From the NCBI GenBank assembly GCA_003990765.1, contig RBNJ01000244.1, forward strand, positions 1-35,622: DNA of 35,622 nucleotides, written 5' to 3'. The position numbers were made by a program, and so were the translations under genes. This stretch comes from Jimgerdemannia flammicorona (taxonomy: Eukaryota). Shown piece by piece: positions 1 to 13,800 of the stretch. How positions within the stretch are numbered: the stretch's first letter is position 1; each line of letters opens with the position of its first letter. The notes below the pieces were generated by a model. It searched no databases and was not told the origin of the DNA. It saw nothing but the letters and a program-made list of their open reading frames with translations.

Positions 1-99
1 TTTTTTAGAGTTATAGAGACTTCTACTTTATTACCAAACTATCTAAGAAATTCTAATATAAATGAAACCCCCTCACTCAATCTCACTTGGATCTCTCTC

Positions 100-3000
100 T
101 CACTCTCACTATTCCTCCAAAATACAGCTAATTCTCTGATCACTCCAATCCTCTCCCTACTCTTCCTACAGATCATCTTCACTAATCACCTCTGATATCT
201 CCTATCAGCACCCCCACTACTCTATGATCAAGTCAACATATCCAACATCAGTCACTCCTATCTAGCTACTTACACCCCTTACACACTCCTAACCAATGTT
301 CAGGAGTCTGCACCACCCCTCTCTTCTGTCTGATATTCAATCACTCCTTATACTCCTAGGTGCCTCCTTCCACTAAGTGACTTATTCAGTAGTTCAATAT
401 AATATTACACTGTAGAAATCTCCACCATACTACTTAGAACTTAGGTGAGATTTATCTCACCACCTACTTGTCCTACTGCTAGATACTATTTCAGTCCCAC
501 ACCTTTTCAATCTCCACCCCCTGCCATACCTCAGACCACAGATCTCTTCTGTATTCCCAAAGATACTCTATGCTATCCTCCAAGTCGAAATTATCCACCA
601 GTGCCCCACTTAACAGAAGGTGGTCCCACCTCTATATCTGGGGTTCCCATTCCTCCTCCCCCTCATCACTCTGCTATTAAAGACCAATATGGTGTACCCC
701 ATCAGCTACCCATAATCAAAATCCCCTATAACACTTTCCTGCAATACCACCAGAGATAGAAGGTTCTCAGTTGTACTCCAGGGGGAGAACTGGGTCTCTC
801 ACACTCTCTGTATAAGGGGAATCTACTCTCAATCTCTCAATATATTTGCTCACTTCAGCCACCATGTCTATATACAGTGGCGATACTTGGGAAAATCCAT
901 CAGACCCAGGTCTCTCTAATCTACTGATCAGGTCAACACCTCCTAATCAATCTGACTCTGTTGCCCTGCTCATATCCAAGTCATAGCTATCTTTAACAAT
1001 TACTTGATCCCCTATGCCAAAAAGTCTAAGTAGTACTCTAGATATCATAGCTTAGGCAACTAATAAATATTCAACACTATTATTCTTCTTGTCAGATATA
1101 TATAGCAACCACTCCATTTCAAGAGAGTGCTACCCTACTCTGCCAACCACTGTTTTTATCAATTCTACAGCAGCTAAAAATCATATACTGAGAAGTAGAT
1201 CTCCAGATAGTATGCAGCCTCTCTTATAGAGATAATTATTCCAATGACATTCCCACCTACTATCTCCCCCCCCAAAACCAATATCTCACACTTATGCCAG
1301 TTGAGCTTGGTACCCAAGTACTCTTCATATCACTATACTATATCTTTTAGTATTGCAATATTCTCAACTGACTCCAGCCTGACCACTATATTATTGACAA
1401 GGGCCCCTATCTTCCAATTAACTCTCAGAATGTCCAAACCTCCCACCTTATACTATATTCTATCCAAAAGAGGCTCCAGGGACAGTATATACAGAATTAG
1501 TAATAGTGGATCTCTCTGCAGCACTCTTCTACCCAGAGGGAATAAAACTCCTCTGTGTCTATTTATTATAATTGCTGCCCAACTTTCTTCCAGCAGACCC
1601 ACTAAGACCTATCAGACTCCAGAGGAGACACCAATGTACCTTAATACTCTTTTCAACCACACTCACCAGACTCTGTTATAGGCCTTCTCTTGATCTAAGA
1701 AAACTAGCTATCTATCTACTCTAGTAGTATAGGCACTCTTGATAATACAATACACCCAGGCTCTCCCATCTCTAATCAGATAACCCTCTATAAATCCTTT
1801 CTGCTCAGCCCTCAGAACTAGTTGAGCTACTCTCTATTACCTAGTTACTAAGATCTTTGTGACCAGTTTGCAATCTATATCTAGAAGCATGATTGGTCTC
1901 TAGTTCTTCTACTCCTCTCTCCTCTCCTTATTTTTAGACAGTAGAGCCATAAGACCCAAACTCTACCCTCCAATCTATATCTCTGAGCCTATTACTTTAT
2001 TGTATATTGCTGCTATTTCCTTTAGAATCAACTCAACTTCTGCCATCTTTTTCCAAAAATTTCACTGTAAGCTACATATTCTTCCATAGCATAGTTCTGG
2101 AGCTTGTTGTCATCTGAACTTACTGAATCTCTTCCTCTTAAACAGTAGTACCAAGGTCACCTAAGCCTATTACTAGATCAGTGTACTATTTCTCTAAGTG
2201 TCTATTAATGTCTATCACTCCCACTTCTCTATTCTCTTCACTCTATAGATGTCTATACTGTCTGCTCAACTGATCCTGAATCTTCAGTACTTCAATAACC
2301 AATTTCTTCACCTTATTCAAAACCCCCTCCCACTGCTGCCTTATTCTTCTAGCCTGCAGAAGCTGTGACAAAAACTTGATTGGTCTTTCCCCCTCCTCTA
2401 ATCCCTACTATTATAGCCAAACTACTATGCTCTTAACCTGTAGGTCCTCCTCTTGTCTCAGTATACCCTTCAGTTTCTCCACCTCCAGCCTGGTCTGTTG
2501 TATTTACCATTTCCCTTTCTTGCTAACCTTTAGCAGATCTGCCTAAGTTGCCAACAATCCACTAACCTCTGAGAGGCCCACCTTACTTGATTCTTTCTCT
2601 AAGTATCCCACATTTTTCCCACCTCCCCCCAGTACTATTGTATCTCAGATTTCAATCTTATTTTACAATCTCTAATCTCCAGCCCCTCTGCTCACCAACT
2701 TGGAACTCTGAAGCTAATATCTACCACTCATACCTCCTATAGAGAGACCTTCCCTAATAAGGAGATATTTAGTCAACAATGTCCAGGCCCCTCCCCACTT
2801 CTCCTAAAATACACCCCTCTTAGAAGATCTAGTGATCTGATTATAAATACCAAATAGTTTTCAGAGTTCTCTAGATATTAACTCTCTAGCAATTAACAGT
2901 CAATATCCAGTCAATTCTTGAGCCCAGCTCTGTTATCCAGTGGATAAAAATCCTACAAACCCCCCATTCAAGTCTCCCAGTATCTACTAAAGAGTTCAGA

Positions 3001-3510
3001 TATTTGACTTCCTTCCAAGTATCCATACCATCACTCCTTCCTACTATCTCTCTTCTCTCATTAGTTCTGTCTATCCTTTTATCATATACTATGTTAAAGT
3101 TCTCTTCTAGATAATTAATACTAGTCTCCACCAATGCTCCAGACTCTTGCAGCCCTTGAATCTATTTCACTCTCTCTCCCCTCTCAGCAGGATAATAACA
3201 AGACTCAAACATCAAGGACCTCTGGTCTGATCTCTTCCAAACTCCCAACACTACTCTGCTTCCACAGTATCCAATATCTCTAATATCTCCCTTACCCTTC
3301 CTAATCAGAATACCTATATATTCTCACCAAATAGCCATATCATCCCATTTCTTTATCCAGTTCAGCTATCTAAGTTCCTATTATACCCAATATTCTACAG
3401 TAGAAATAGATATGCTTCTATCTCCTCAGCTATCCAAAGATATTTCAATACCTCACTGCTCTCTATAGTATATTGATATTCAAAGATAATATTCAAGTTA
3501 TACTATTTAT
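100..3510 (-). pseudogene. Copy A ORF2 (APE-RT), many stops; 3' limit approximate
   Basis: Start region ATA AAT AGT ATA ACT at 3510 is homologous to MNSTT of copy C; colinear with ORF2 of the other copies. Confidence 0.8.
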
Positions 3511-3800
3511 ATTAAATAATATTATTTGAAAAACAGCTGTCCACTCCATAAATCCATGCTTGCTATATCACTAGCAATATCAAGATTCCTCTCAGCCTCT
3601 AGTTCATCTACCTCTCTCTGCTGAGCCTCTAGTATCTCTAAGATCTCCTGACAATCTATACTATCTACAGTCTCTATCTCTGTTTGGTACTTCTCATATA
3701 CCACTTGCTACTTAGCCAGCCCTTTTCTTGGACCTCACATATATGCCGTCCTATCATTTGTAATTATCAGAAGTACTACCTCTCTGTTATCATCTAGCTG

Positions 3801-3811
3801 ATATATCTTAG

Positions 3812-3815
<4 letters not shown>
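3801..3815. repeat. 15-bp target site duplication of copy C (partner 9574-9588)
   Basis: atatatcttagcctc vs gtatatcttagcctc, one A/G mismatch. Removing C restores the copy A ORF1 reading DEIIVVLLEAKIYQLDD. Confidence 0.92.
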
Positions 3816-3851
<36 letters not shown>

Positions 3852-3934
3852 GTCACTTGGACTGCCCTTTATTACTACCATCTATAATAATAATGATACA
3901 GTATCACCCCATCCCTTCAACCAATATCCCTCAG

Positions 3935-6900
3935 ACCCATACCACTCTCCTTGATGCCCCCTTGCCTGAGAATGACCCAGTCACCCACCACCTGAATCCT
4001 CTTGTCACTTTTTCATAAAATACACTGTACCAAATCTCTGTGCCTCCCCCTCCCTGGCCCCCACCCCTGCCACCAGCCATTCAAAATATCCAGCAACAAC
4101 CATTCCCAACGTGCTATCTTGTCCCCCACCCCAATCCGCTGACCCTCCTCAAATACATGCACCCAATGTCCAGCCATCTCAACCCATATAGCCAGAGCCC
4201 AGCCAAGCATCAGCTATTCATCCCCAATCCCCCTGACCAGCCTTTGGCAGAGCTCACCCCATCTCCCCCCTACCCCTCTCTCCAGGGCTCACAGCCCCAA
4301 CTGGTCCATGATATGTCCCCAGAACACCCCCAATACATTGCACTCAGTAAGCCAATGTTCAGGCATTTGAACCACCCCTCTCTCCTGATCAATGTTGAGG
4401 CATTCTTTATACTCAAAAGTGCCCCCATCCACCAAGTGCCCAGACCAATAGTTCAACATCACATTCCACTGTAGAACTCACCACCATACCATCCAGAACT
4501 TGGGGGGCAGCCACCACATCACCTGCTTGCTCCAAAGCCAGAGTCCATTTTAGTTCCACTCCTCACCAATCCCAACCCTCTGCCAGGCTTCAGGCCAAAG
4601 GTCACCATGCAAGCCCCACAGACACTCCATACCCTCGCCAAGCTGGAAGTTCTCCACTAAGACCCCACCCAGTAGAAGTCTGTCCCACTGCTACATCTGC
4701 AGTCCCCAGTCCTCCTCTCCTTCCCACCCTGCTACCGAAGTCCAATTCTCTTAGTGCCATCCATCACTCACCACCAAAAGCCCTTATACTGCATTCACCT
4801 GCTTCCCTCCATGGCCACTATCACAAGCAGGTCACTAGAGTCTCCATGAGGGGAATACTAGACCTCTCACACCCTCTGCATGAGTGGAGCCCATTCCCAG
4901 CCCCTCAGCTCACTTGCCCTCCACATCCACCAGGCCCTCAAGCAATGAAGCCACTTGGCAAAGTCCACTAAACCCAGCCCACCTCTTTCCACTGGCAGTG
5001 TGAGTGTTTCCCAACCAATCTGACTTCGCTGGCCCCCCCAGATCCACGATTTCGCCATCTTCAACAGCCCCCTGATCACCCAAGTCGAAAAGTCCAGATG
5101 GTACCTAATATACCACAGCTTCAGTATCCAATATACATTCAGCACCATCACCCTCTCTGCCAGGGACATGTACCATCCCCCCCACTACAGGAGCACATTT
5201 CCCCACTCTAGAAGTTGCTGATCCCACCATGCTTGGGGAAGGAGAGATCCATACACCAAGAAGTAGATCCCCAAGTATCTCACTGGCTTGCCTGCTAGCA
5301 CCACTATCCCAATTATGTCACTGCTGATGATTCGCATTTGTACTAATTGAGTTTAGCACCAGAGCCCCTCTCATACCATTCAACAGACTGTTGTAATTCC
5401 TCAACATCCATCAATGAGCCCAGTCCAACCACCATATCATCTGCAAAGGCCCCCACCTTCCAATTTATCCCTAGAATGTCCAAACCCCCAATTTGATGCC
5501 AGATCCTGTCCAGTAAGGGTTCCAGGGAGAGGGCAAACAGGATGGGTGATAAAGGGTCCCCTTGTGGTACCCTATGGCTGAGTGGAAATGCCACCCCCCT
5601 GTGGCCATTAATAACCAATACAGCCTGACTATTCTCCAAAAGGCCAATTAATGACCAACGAATCCCTGGGGGAATACCAATCTGCTTCAACACTCCCTCC
5701 AGCCAAATTCTCCATACTATCATATGCCTTCTCCTGATCCAAGAAAACTAACTGGCCATCCACTCCTGTAGCCTGGGTACCTTCAATCATACCATGTACC
5801 CATGCTGTCTCATCATGGATCAACTGGCCACCAACAAATCCATGTTACTCTACACTAAGCACTTGTTGAGCAATATCTTGCAGCCTCATCACCAATATCT
5901 TTGTCACCAGCTTGTGGTCCATGTCAAGTAGCATGATCAGCTACCAGTTCTTCCAATCTTCCTGCCTCCCCTTATTCTTGTAGAGCAAGGAGACCAGCCC
6001 CAGGTGCTGGCCCCCAATCCAAGTTTCTGACCAAAGAACCTCCCCATACATATCAGCTATTTCCTCTAACACCATATCCACCCCAGTAATCTTCTTCCAA
6101 AAGTCTCAGGAGAGTCCATCCTCCCCCCTTGCTGATTGTAGCCAGGACTCTGCCAATTTCCTCTCAGCTCACCAGGTCTCCCAGAGCTCCCAGGCCCATT
6201 GCGGGGTCTGGATGCCAATCTCCCAGCTGCCTTTCAATGTCCAAAGCATCTTCCCCTCCCTCCTCTTCACTCCATAGACCCTCCCAACAGGTTTGCAGCA
6301 ATCCTAAAATTGCCAGCATCCCCACCACCAGCTCCCTATCTATATCCAGAACTCCCTCCCACTGCTGCTTTGTTCATTGTACCTGAAGCATCCATGATAG
6401 AAACCTAGTAGGCCTCTCTCCCTCCTCCAGACCTTGCCACTGGAGCTGTGCCACTATCCCATGCAGCCTCACCTCCTCCTCCTGATATAGCACTTCTTTG
6501 AGCTCCACAACTTTCTTCTGGATCCTCACAATATACCAGTCAGTCCCTCTCTATCTTCTATCACACCTGCCCATCACTCCATGAGTGGTGCCAAATGCTG
6601 CAATGCCCATAACACCCTTTACCTTTGTTGGACACCCCTTCCTTTTCCTGCCTCCCTCTGGTACTTCTGAGCATTTACCTTCAGCCTCCTCCAGCAGTCC
6701 GTAATCCCCAAGCCCTGGTCCTGCCACCTTCCAATATTCCCAATAATCTCCTTTTCCCAGTCCACCCACAAACTCCCATCCTCTAACAGAGAAGAATTTA
6801 AGTGCCAATATTCAGGCCCATCCTCATTACCCCCAAACCTCCCCCCTCCTAGCAGCCCCCAGTAGTCAGACCATGGACACCAAACTACCTCCAGTGTTGT

Positions 6901-7542
6901 CCAGACATCTACACCCCAATAATCTGCCATTACAATCCAGTCAATTCTAGAGCCCAGCCCTGCTGTCCAATGCATATAAACCTGACAATCCTCCCAAAAC
7001 CATCTCCCTGAATCCACTAGAGAACTCAACCTCTCCAACTCCAACCAGTCATCCAATCCACCACTCCTACTCTGCATTCCTCTCCCTCCATCTGTCCTGT
7101 CCATTCCCTTATCCCACACCATATCGAAGTCACCCCCTAAACAGTCCAACCCAACCTCTCCTAAGATACTGGCCTCTTTCAACCCATGGATCCAATCCAC
7201 CCACTCCCCTCTCTCAGCTGGGCAATAAATAGCCCCCACTATCAATGGGCTCTGTTCAGGCTGCCTCTACACTCCCTACACCAATCTAGACCCCCAATGT
7301 CCAATGTTCCCAATGTCCCTCATCCCTTTCCGAACAAGGATATCCACCCTCCCCATCCATACCACAGCCCCCCCCCATTCCTTGGTCCAATCCTGTAAGT
7401 CCACATCTGCCTCATAATGGATATTCTGTAACAAGAAGAGATCCACATCTAGTCCTTTTAGCCAACCAAATATGTACCCCCTCCTTGTCACTCTCTGTAA
7501 CCCATTTACATTCAAAGAAAAAATCCTGGTTGTACTGTTCAT
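3935..7542 (-). pseudogene. Copy C ORF2: APE endonuclease, reverse transcriptase, C-terminal region; stops and frameshifts; 3' limit approximate
   Basis: Motifs MNSTTRIFSLNVNGL, IYCP, GGDF, SRIDWI, WSDY, WHLNSSLL, FLDQEKAYD, VPQGDPLSPILF, AFADD, LPVERGGLGLVDF. Confidence 0.93.
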
Positions 7543-7573
7543 ATTGAAAAATGTTTACAATTGAGGTCCCAAC

Positions 7574-9490
7574 CTAGTACTCCATACTCATCTCATCCCC
7601 AGCCAGATTCAAGCACCACTCTGCTTCTAAGTCACTCTCCACAACAGCCTGAGCATCCAATGCCTCCAAGATCTCCTGACATTCCACCCCATCCACCACC
7701 TCCATCTCTGACCAGTAGTCTCTGCAGACCACACGCCACTTCTCCAATTCCTTTCTTGAGTTCCACAGGAATGCCGCCCTGTCATTTGCAATCCCCCTAA
7801 GTTCCTCCTCCCACTGATCATTGACTTGATATTCAACTGATTCCAAGAGGACAGCTAGGATCTCATTCCTCACCTTCCTCAGCATCTCCTCTCCCCAAAG
7901 GATCTCCTCCCAATGCCTCTCTTCTATAACCCTAAAGTCCTCTCCTCCTAGCTCCTCAGCCGCCACCCCTTCCAGAGTCTTCCACAGCCACTTCTCCTCA
8001 TCCACTGCCTCTGCCACACCCTGGGCAATCTGCCCCCCCTCCACCTCTTGGTCCACCAGAGCACTCCTCCTCACAGACTCATCCCACTCCTCATCTGGGA
8101 CATCCAGCAACTCCTCCTCCCCTCTCTCTCCTCCCGGGACACTATACTGAGGGTGTACTCCTTTGCTCATTTCAGTATCAGCCTCCCCACCACCTTCTCT
8201 TGCCTCTCCCAATCCACACTGAGCCCCATCTCAGGCCACTCTGCATTCCCCAGCCCAGGCACTCTCCCTTAATCCCATATTTCCACCTCCTGTGCTGCCC
8301 CCTACTCTACTTCCACCCAACATCACCAGCAGCTCCTTCTGAATTTTCCTCCCCTGCATCTTCTCTCAGGCCACCCAATCCATCCTGACCCTCTTTCCAT
8401 CCACTTCTTCCACCACTATCCTGGCCACATATACCTTCCACACTGCTCTCCTCCTCTTGACTGCCCCTTCCAGATCCTCCAGCACCTCAAGCAAGTTCTT
8501 CTCCTCCTCCAGAGTCCCCTTCACCCTCATGACCCTGCACTCCACTGGGCCCCACCTCAGTGTTGCCAGCCAGTCTCTTGTCTTCCATGTGCTCTCCTTC
8601 CCAGCCAATTGTATCCTAATATCAACATCACCAGTCCAGAGCTCGGTACCCTCCCAGACCTTGAAACCAATATCCACAAAATTCCCATATTCCTTGACTG
8701 CTTCCACAATCAACTCCCTAGCCCTCACCTTTGACACTGTTGGAAGATCCAAAACTATCAACTGCACCACTTGAGGGTCCCAGTGTATATATCTGGCCAT
8801 AGGGACCACAATCCTGCCCACTATCACCTCCTTCTCCATGGCTACCAGTAATACTTTCTCTTTCTTAAACCCCACCTTGACCTCTTCTTTCCCCTTCAAA
8901 AACTTCACTAAAGCCGCACCTTTTGCCTCCTGCACCACTAGCCCCAGGATCATCCTTGCCGTCACTGCCAAGCCCCTGAAACACATTGTGACTGTGAATT
9001 CTGACCTTGATTTCTTGAGTAATGGTACTGACACCATGCCTGTCACCCCTTCTGCCAGGTCCCCAAGCCTCATGCTTACCCCCTGTCCTGAATTAGCAGC
9101 CACTGTCACATCTGGATTTTTTGCCAGATCCCAAGTCACAGTTCCATCAACAGTCACATCTCCCACCCCTACTCTCCCTCCTCCTCTACCATCAGACACT
9201 CCCTGAGGCACTCCTCCCTGTCCTCCAGCAGTAGCTGTTGATGCCTTCCCCAGACCCAGCCAGCCATCCAGACCTGAGGCCATCCTCCCCATCTTGACCT
9301 TGTCTGTGAAAGTCGACTGCTCCCCTCCTTGCTGCCTTAAGCCATCCCTCCCTCTGCTACCAGCACCCCGGCCAGCCATCAAGGCCCCCAGCATTCTCAA
9401 ACCATTGCTCCTCCTCCCCACCTGCTACCAGCCAAAGGCACCATCACCTCCCGGGCCAGCACACTCACCAGATTGATCATTGCCATCTAT
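7574..9490 (-). pseudogene. Copy C ORF1, single frame of about 638 codons
   Basis: Track ORFs 8366-9421 and 7574-8212 share one frame. It is interrupted only by TAG 9425-27, TGA 8366-68 and TGA 8231-33. The likely start is ATA (from ATG) at 9490. Contains TFTDKVK and an RRM-like hydrophobic core. Confidence 0.85.
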
Positions 9491-9588
9491 ATTGATAGTC
9501 CTCTGTCACTGAAAATGTTGAGAAGATATTGCCAAATTCTTGTGTCACCTGAATGGTACTTGTGAAAGATGTGGTATATCTTAGCCTC

Positions 9589-10816
9589 TAGTAATACTAC
9601 TATTATCTCATCCCAGACTGACCCTCCTCTTCTACCATCTCTACATTCTCTACCATGATACTTAGTTAATATCTTCCCCCCCTCCTAGGGTCTTCTTTCT
9701 TCTCTTCTGCTCAGATACTTGCTCTTGATCCAGCATCATTAGCAGTAGTCTCTCTGGCTGCTCCTCTCCCAACTTAACTAACAGAGTCTTCTGAATACAC
9801 CTCCTCTGTGCTCTCTTCCAGACTATCCAGTCTAGGTACACCTTCTTGTCATTCATAATCTCTATAACCTCCTGGCCTCAAACTCCTTTTATGTCAATCT
9901 CCTTCTCTCCATAGCTCCAGCCAGACCCTCCAAAGTCTCAAGCAAGTCCTTTTCTTCCTCCAATGTCTCTTTCACCCTCAAGAACTTGTACTCCACAGAT
10001 CCCTATTTGAGGACCACTGACTAGTCTCTTATCTTTCTTGTATTCTTCTTATCCACCAGCTACACTCTAATGTTCATATCAAAAGTCCTAAATTTGATAT
10101 CCTCTAATCCAAAACCCAATATTTACAATTTCTCTATACTCCTTAATAGCTCTGATAATCAACCTCTTGACTATTTCCTTTGATACTATTGAAATATCCA
10201 ATACTATCAGCTATATTTCAGTATAAGTACCAGATCATAGAAATTACCACTCCCCTACCACTACTCCTTTCTCCATTACATCCAGCAGTACATCTTTCTC
10301 AAAGCCCACCTCCACTTCTTCCAGACTCTTCAAGAACTTCACTGATACTGCTCTCTTCATCTTCTGGTCCAGAAACTCCAGAAGTATTCTCACTATTACT
10401 GTGAAGCCTTGAAAACACAATATGACAGAGAATTCTAATCTTGATTTCTTAAGTAATAGTGCTACCACTAGGCCTGTTATACTGTGCCACCCCCTGTCCA
10501 GATCTATCTCCTTGCCCTTTTCAGCCTGCCCTCTAGTCCAGTTATCAGATAACTCTCCTTTACATTATCTGCAAAGCTTGTCCTCCCAGTCTCCTATCTC
10601 CCAGTACTACCTCCTTCTCTTCTTTATCCCCCAGCCAGCAAGCCGTATATGCTTCTCCCAAACTATGACTCTTTCCTATATACTGTTAGTGAAATATACT
10701 GGGGCTACCCTGCCTAGCATATATATTAGAATACTCATTATTTGCCATATTGTTAGTACCTTTTTCCAAAAATGATATCTTGAAGTTATAACCTAAATAT
10801 TACTAGAGAAAGGATG
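9589..10816 (-). mobile_element. Copy A 5' segment (5' UTR and most of ORF1, internally deleted)
   Basis: ORF1 homology (LLKKSRLEFSVILCF..VKFLKSLEEVEVGF), ATG at 10748 (MANNEYS), 5' end CATCCTTTCTC at 10816. Confidence 0.88.
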
Positions 10817-13800
10817 TCCAATCCTCTTCTCCATTTAAGACCAAAAGAGCAGCCCACTTCTTCTGAAGCTGCATCAGCCTAGCAGAGATCTAGGCTATTC
10901 TTCTTCTCTGCTGTCTTCCTTACCCTACTAGTCTCACTCTAGTAAACCCTAGCAGTCTCCTTTAACCTCACCTATTGGACACCAACTAGAGTACTCTCTG
11001 GGACCCAACAATCTACTTTCTGACTAATGCTTTCTGTTCAAGTATTATATAGCCCATTCTTAGCTAGTATAGAGGAATTGAGATACTAATGTCCAGGCTA
11101 ATCCTGACTTTCCCCAAACTGCCCCTGCCATAATAAGTCTCAATAATCTGACCATGGACACCACTCAACCTCCAGGGACTTCTAGATATCCAGACCCCAG
11201 TAATTGGCTATTAGTACTCAGTTAATCCTAATCCCCAGACCACTCACCCAATGGAAATAGACCCTTCTATCTTTCCACATTACTTGATCAGTATCCACCA
11301 AAGAACTGAGTTACTCTACCTCCTCCTAACCCTCTCAGCTACTACTCTTGCTCTCTATATTCTTACCTCTATCTGTCCTGTCCAAATATGTCAAATGAAT
11401 CATATTGAAGTCTCTCCCAAATACCTCCACTCCTGCCTCTACAAGTACTCCACTATTCAAAAGACCCTCAATCTACTCTATATACTTACTCCTAACTATA
11501 GGACAGTAATAAGATCTAACTACAATTGACTCTCATCTAGGCTGATATCACTCTCTCTAAACCAATTGATCACTCAAGTTCCTGCTACTATATATTTCAC
11601 TTCATCCTTTCTATATCAGTAGTTCAGCCATTCTATTCCAAACTGCAGCTCTACCCTATTTCTTCATCTACTCCTATTGATTAAAATTCTTATTATATTA
11701 TATATCCTACAGAAAAAAGAGTTCAGCCTCTAATCTCTTTTAAGTAAAAATATTAGGCTGTCTCCCAGAACCCCTCAGGCTATTTACATTCAATAAAAAA
11801 ATATTAGTTATACTATTTATAGAGAATAATGTTGAAATAGATGTATTCTTTTTACAGCTCTATATTTACCTCCTCTCTCATCAAGTCCAATATACATAGC
11901 AGCAGCCTCCCCCCCCCTCAATCTACTTAGCTTCCAGTCTAACCAAAAGCTCATTGCTATATTATCCTTCAACTATATCTCCTTCTGATCTCCAATTAAG
12001 CCTCTTGCTTGATTTCCAGTCTATGTCTCTGCTCTAACCAGAAAACTATATACTCTCTAGTAGCTATCACCATCTCTATCTCTCTTACTTCATCTACTAT
12101 ATAACTCACCTCATCTAGAAATACAGCCAGTTTCTCTGTCACCAGAGCCTCTACAATACTCTCTCTCTGCTATACTTTGTCCAATACTTCTAACTGATAA
12201 CTTACAAGTCTAAATCCTCTACTCTTTAGCTACTAAGTTATTTATCACTCAGTACATCCACTGTAGATCTTCAATCTCCTGGCTTCTAAGAGTCATCAGG
12301 CAGCTGACCCCAAGTATCATAATATCTGCCCCAGTACTTGCAGACTCATCCCACTCCTCCTCAGAGATATCTACTAGCTCATCCTCCACAATCTCAACCA
12401 TCTGCCTCCTACTCACAATCTCAGATACTCCAAATTGAACATGGTGAGTCCCCAGCATCTCCATATTTTCACCAGCCTTTGGTCATATACCTCTAGCCTG
12501 CCTTCTTATTAGTGCTCCCAAACGAGTCAAATCAATTCGAATTGAATCGAATTGAGGGTCTAATTCGAACCCTAATTTTCAAAATACAATAACTCAGCAT
12601 AAACTCATCGAAATCTAGCATACTTTAGCTTGTTAGAATCATATTACTACAGTGAATCTACCAAGCTAAAATATGTTAAATTTGGATGAGGTTTCGTCGA
12701 GTTATTACATTTTGAAAATTAAGGTTTAAATTGAACTTCAAATCGAATTGGACCTTTGATTCGATTTGATTCGATTTGATTCGATTTGTTGGGAGCACTA
12801 CTTCTTATATTCTTACTCTCCTCTTATATTTCTAGTATAGAGTTTCTAATCTCTTGTCTCCTGACTCCAACCTCCAGTTTTTGCACTCCTGCCCACCTCC
12901 TCATTAGCCCAAATACTCTCTTAAGTACCCCCAACTATCTTATCCAAACTGGACAACAGCTTCTCCTTCTCCTTCAAACTAGCCTGCAACTCCCTTTGCC
13001 TTTTATATCTCTGAGCTCTCTTCTACTGCCTCTTATATATCTGAATATACTTTCTATCCACTACCTCTAAGTGTGTTAAGTCTACATAAGTCTGCCATAC
13101 CTTAGCCCACCTCTCTACTACCCAACTGAGCTCCACCAGTATCTCTATCAGATTCTCCTCCTTCTTTATACTCTCCTTCACTCTCATAAATACCTCCCTC
13201 ATCAATACTGAGGGCCAGTCTCTCAGCTTCCCCAAAGCCTCCTTTCCAGCTAGCTGGAGTCTGATATCCACCTCTTCTGTTCTGAACAAAGTCCCCTCTC
13301 AGACCTAAAAATAAATATTGACTACCTTGTAATTCTCTGTCATAACCTCCTCTACCCTCCTCCTTATCTCAATCATCATCACTATAGACACCCCCTTTAA
13401 CAGTAGCTAGACTATCTAGGGTCTCATCTTTGATAATGAGCTATCAAAACCACAATCTCACCTATAGTCAACCTTACCTTCAATATCTCCTCTAAGGGAG
13501 CAGTCTCCTCAAAGCCCACTTTTACTCTCTCAAGACTCTTCAAGAACTTCACTGAGGTAGCTCTAGCCATCTATATCAAGAGCAGCCCCAGAACCAACTT
13601 CACTATTACTATTAACCCCCAGAAGCACAGTATGACTTTAAACAATGAGATCAATTTCTTGAGTAATAGGGCCACTATCAGATCTGTTACACTATCAGCC
13701 AGATCTCCCTGGTCCTTCTAGTCTCTCTGCCTAGTGCCACTATCATCTATTATATTACTTTTTTTGTCTTAATTCCCCATCATACTATTATTTATAGTTA

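Larger units (their letters stand above)
1..3815 (-). mobile_element. L1/Tx1-like LINE copy A, 3' segment (poly(A) end at window start, ORF2, end of ORF1); older, strongly TA-mutated
   Basis: Reverse complement of 1-32 is AATAAA-gtagaAGTCtctataact-ct-AAAAAA, matching the 3' ends of C, D and F. APE remnant FIHWITELGSRIDWIL (2886-3134). ORF1 C-terminus VDSIDCQEILEILEAQ (3522-3704) is homologous to copy C. Confidence 0.9.
3816..9573 (-). mobile_element. Full-length L1/Tx1-like LINE copy C (about 5.76 kb) inserted in ORF1 of copy A
   Basis: Poly(T) 3816-3848 (33 nt), 15-bp TSD, 5' end CACATCTTTCAC, and ORF1 + ORF2 motifs. Confidence 0.95.

Noticed and set aside
5343..5823. RT as retron, group II intron or DGR
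   Set aside because: N-terminal APE, upstream ORF1, poly(A) tails and TSDs identify a eukaryotic non-LTR element.
7574..8212. Separate third ORF between ORF1 and ORF2
   Set aside because: Same frame as ORF1; separated only by transition-derived stops.
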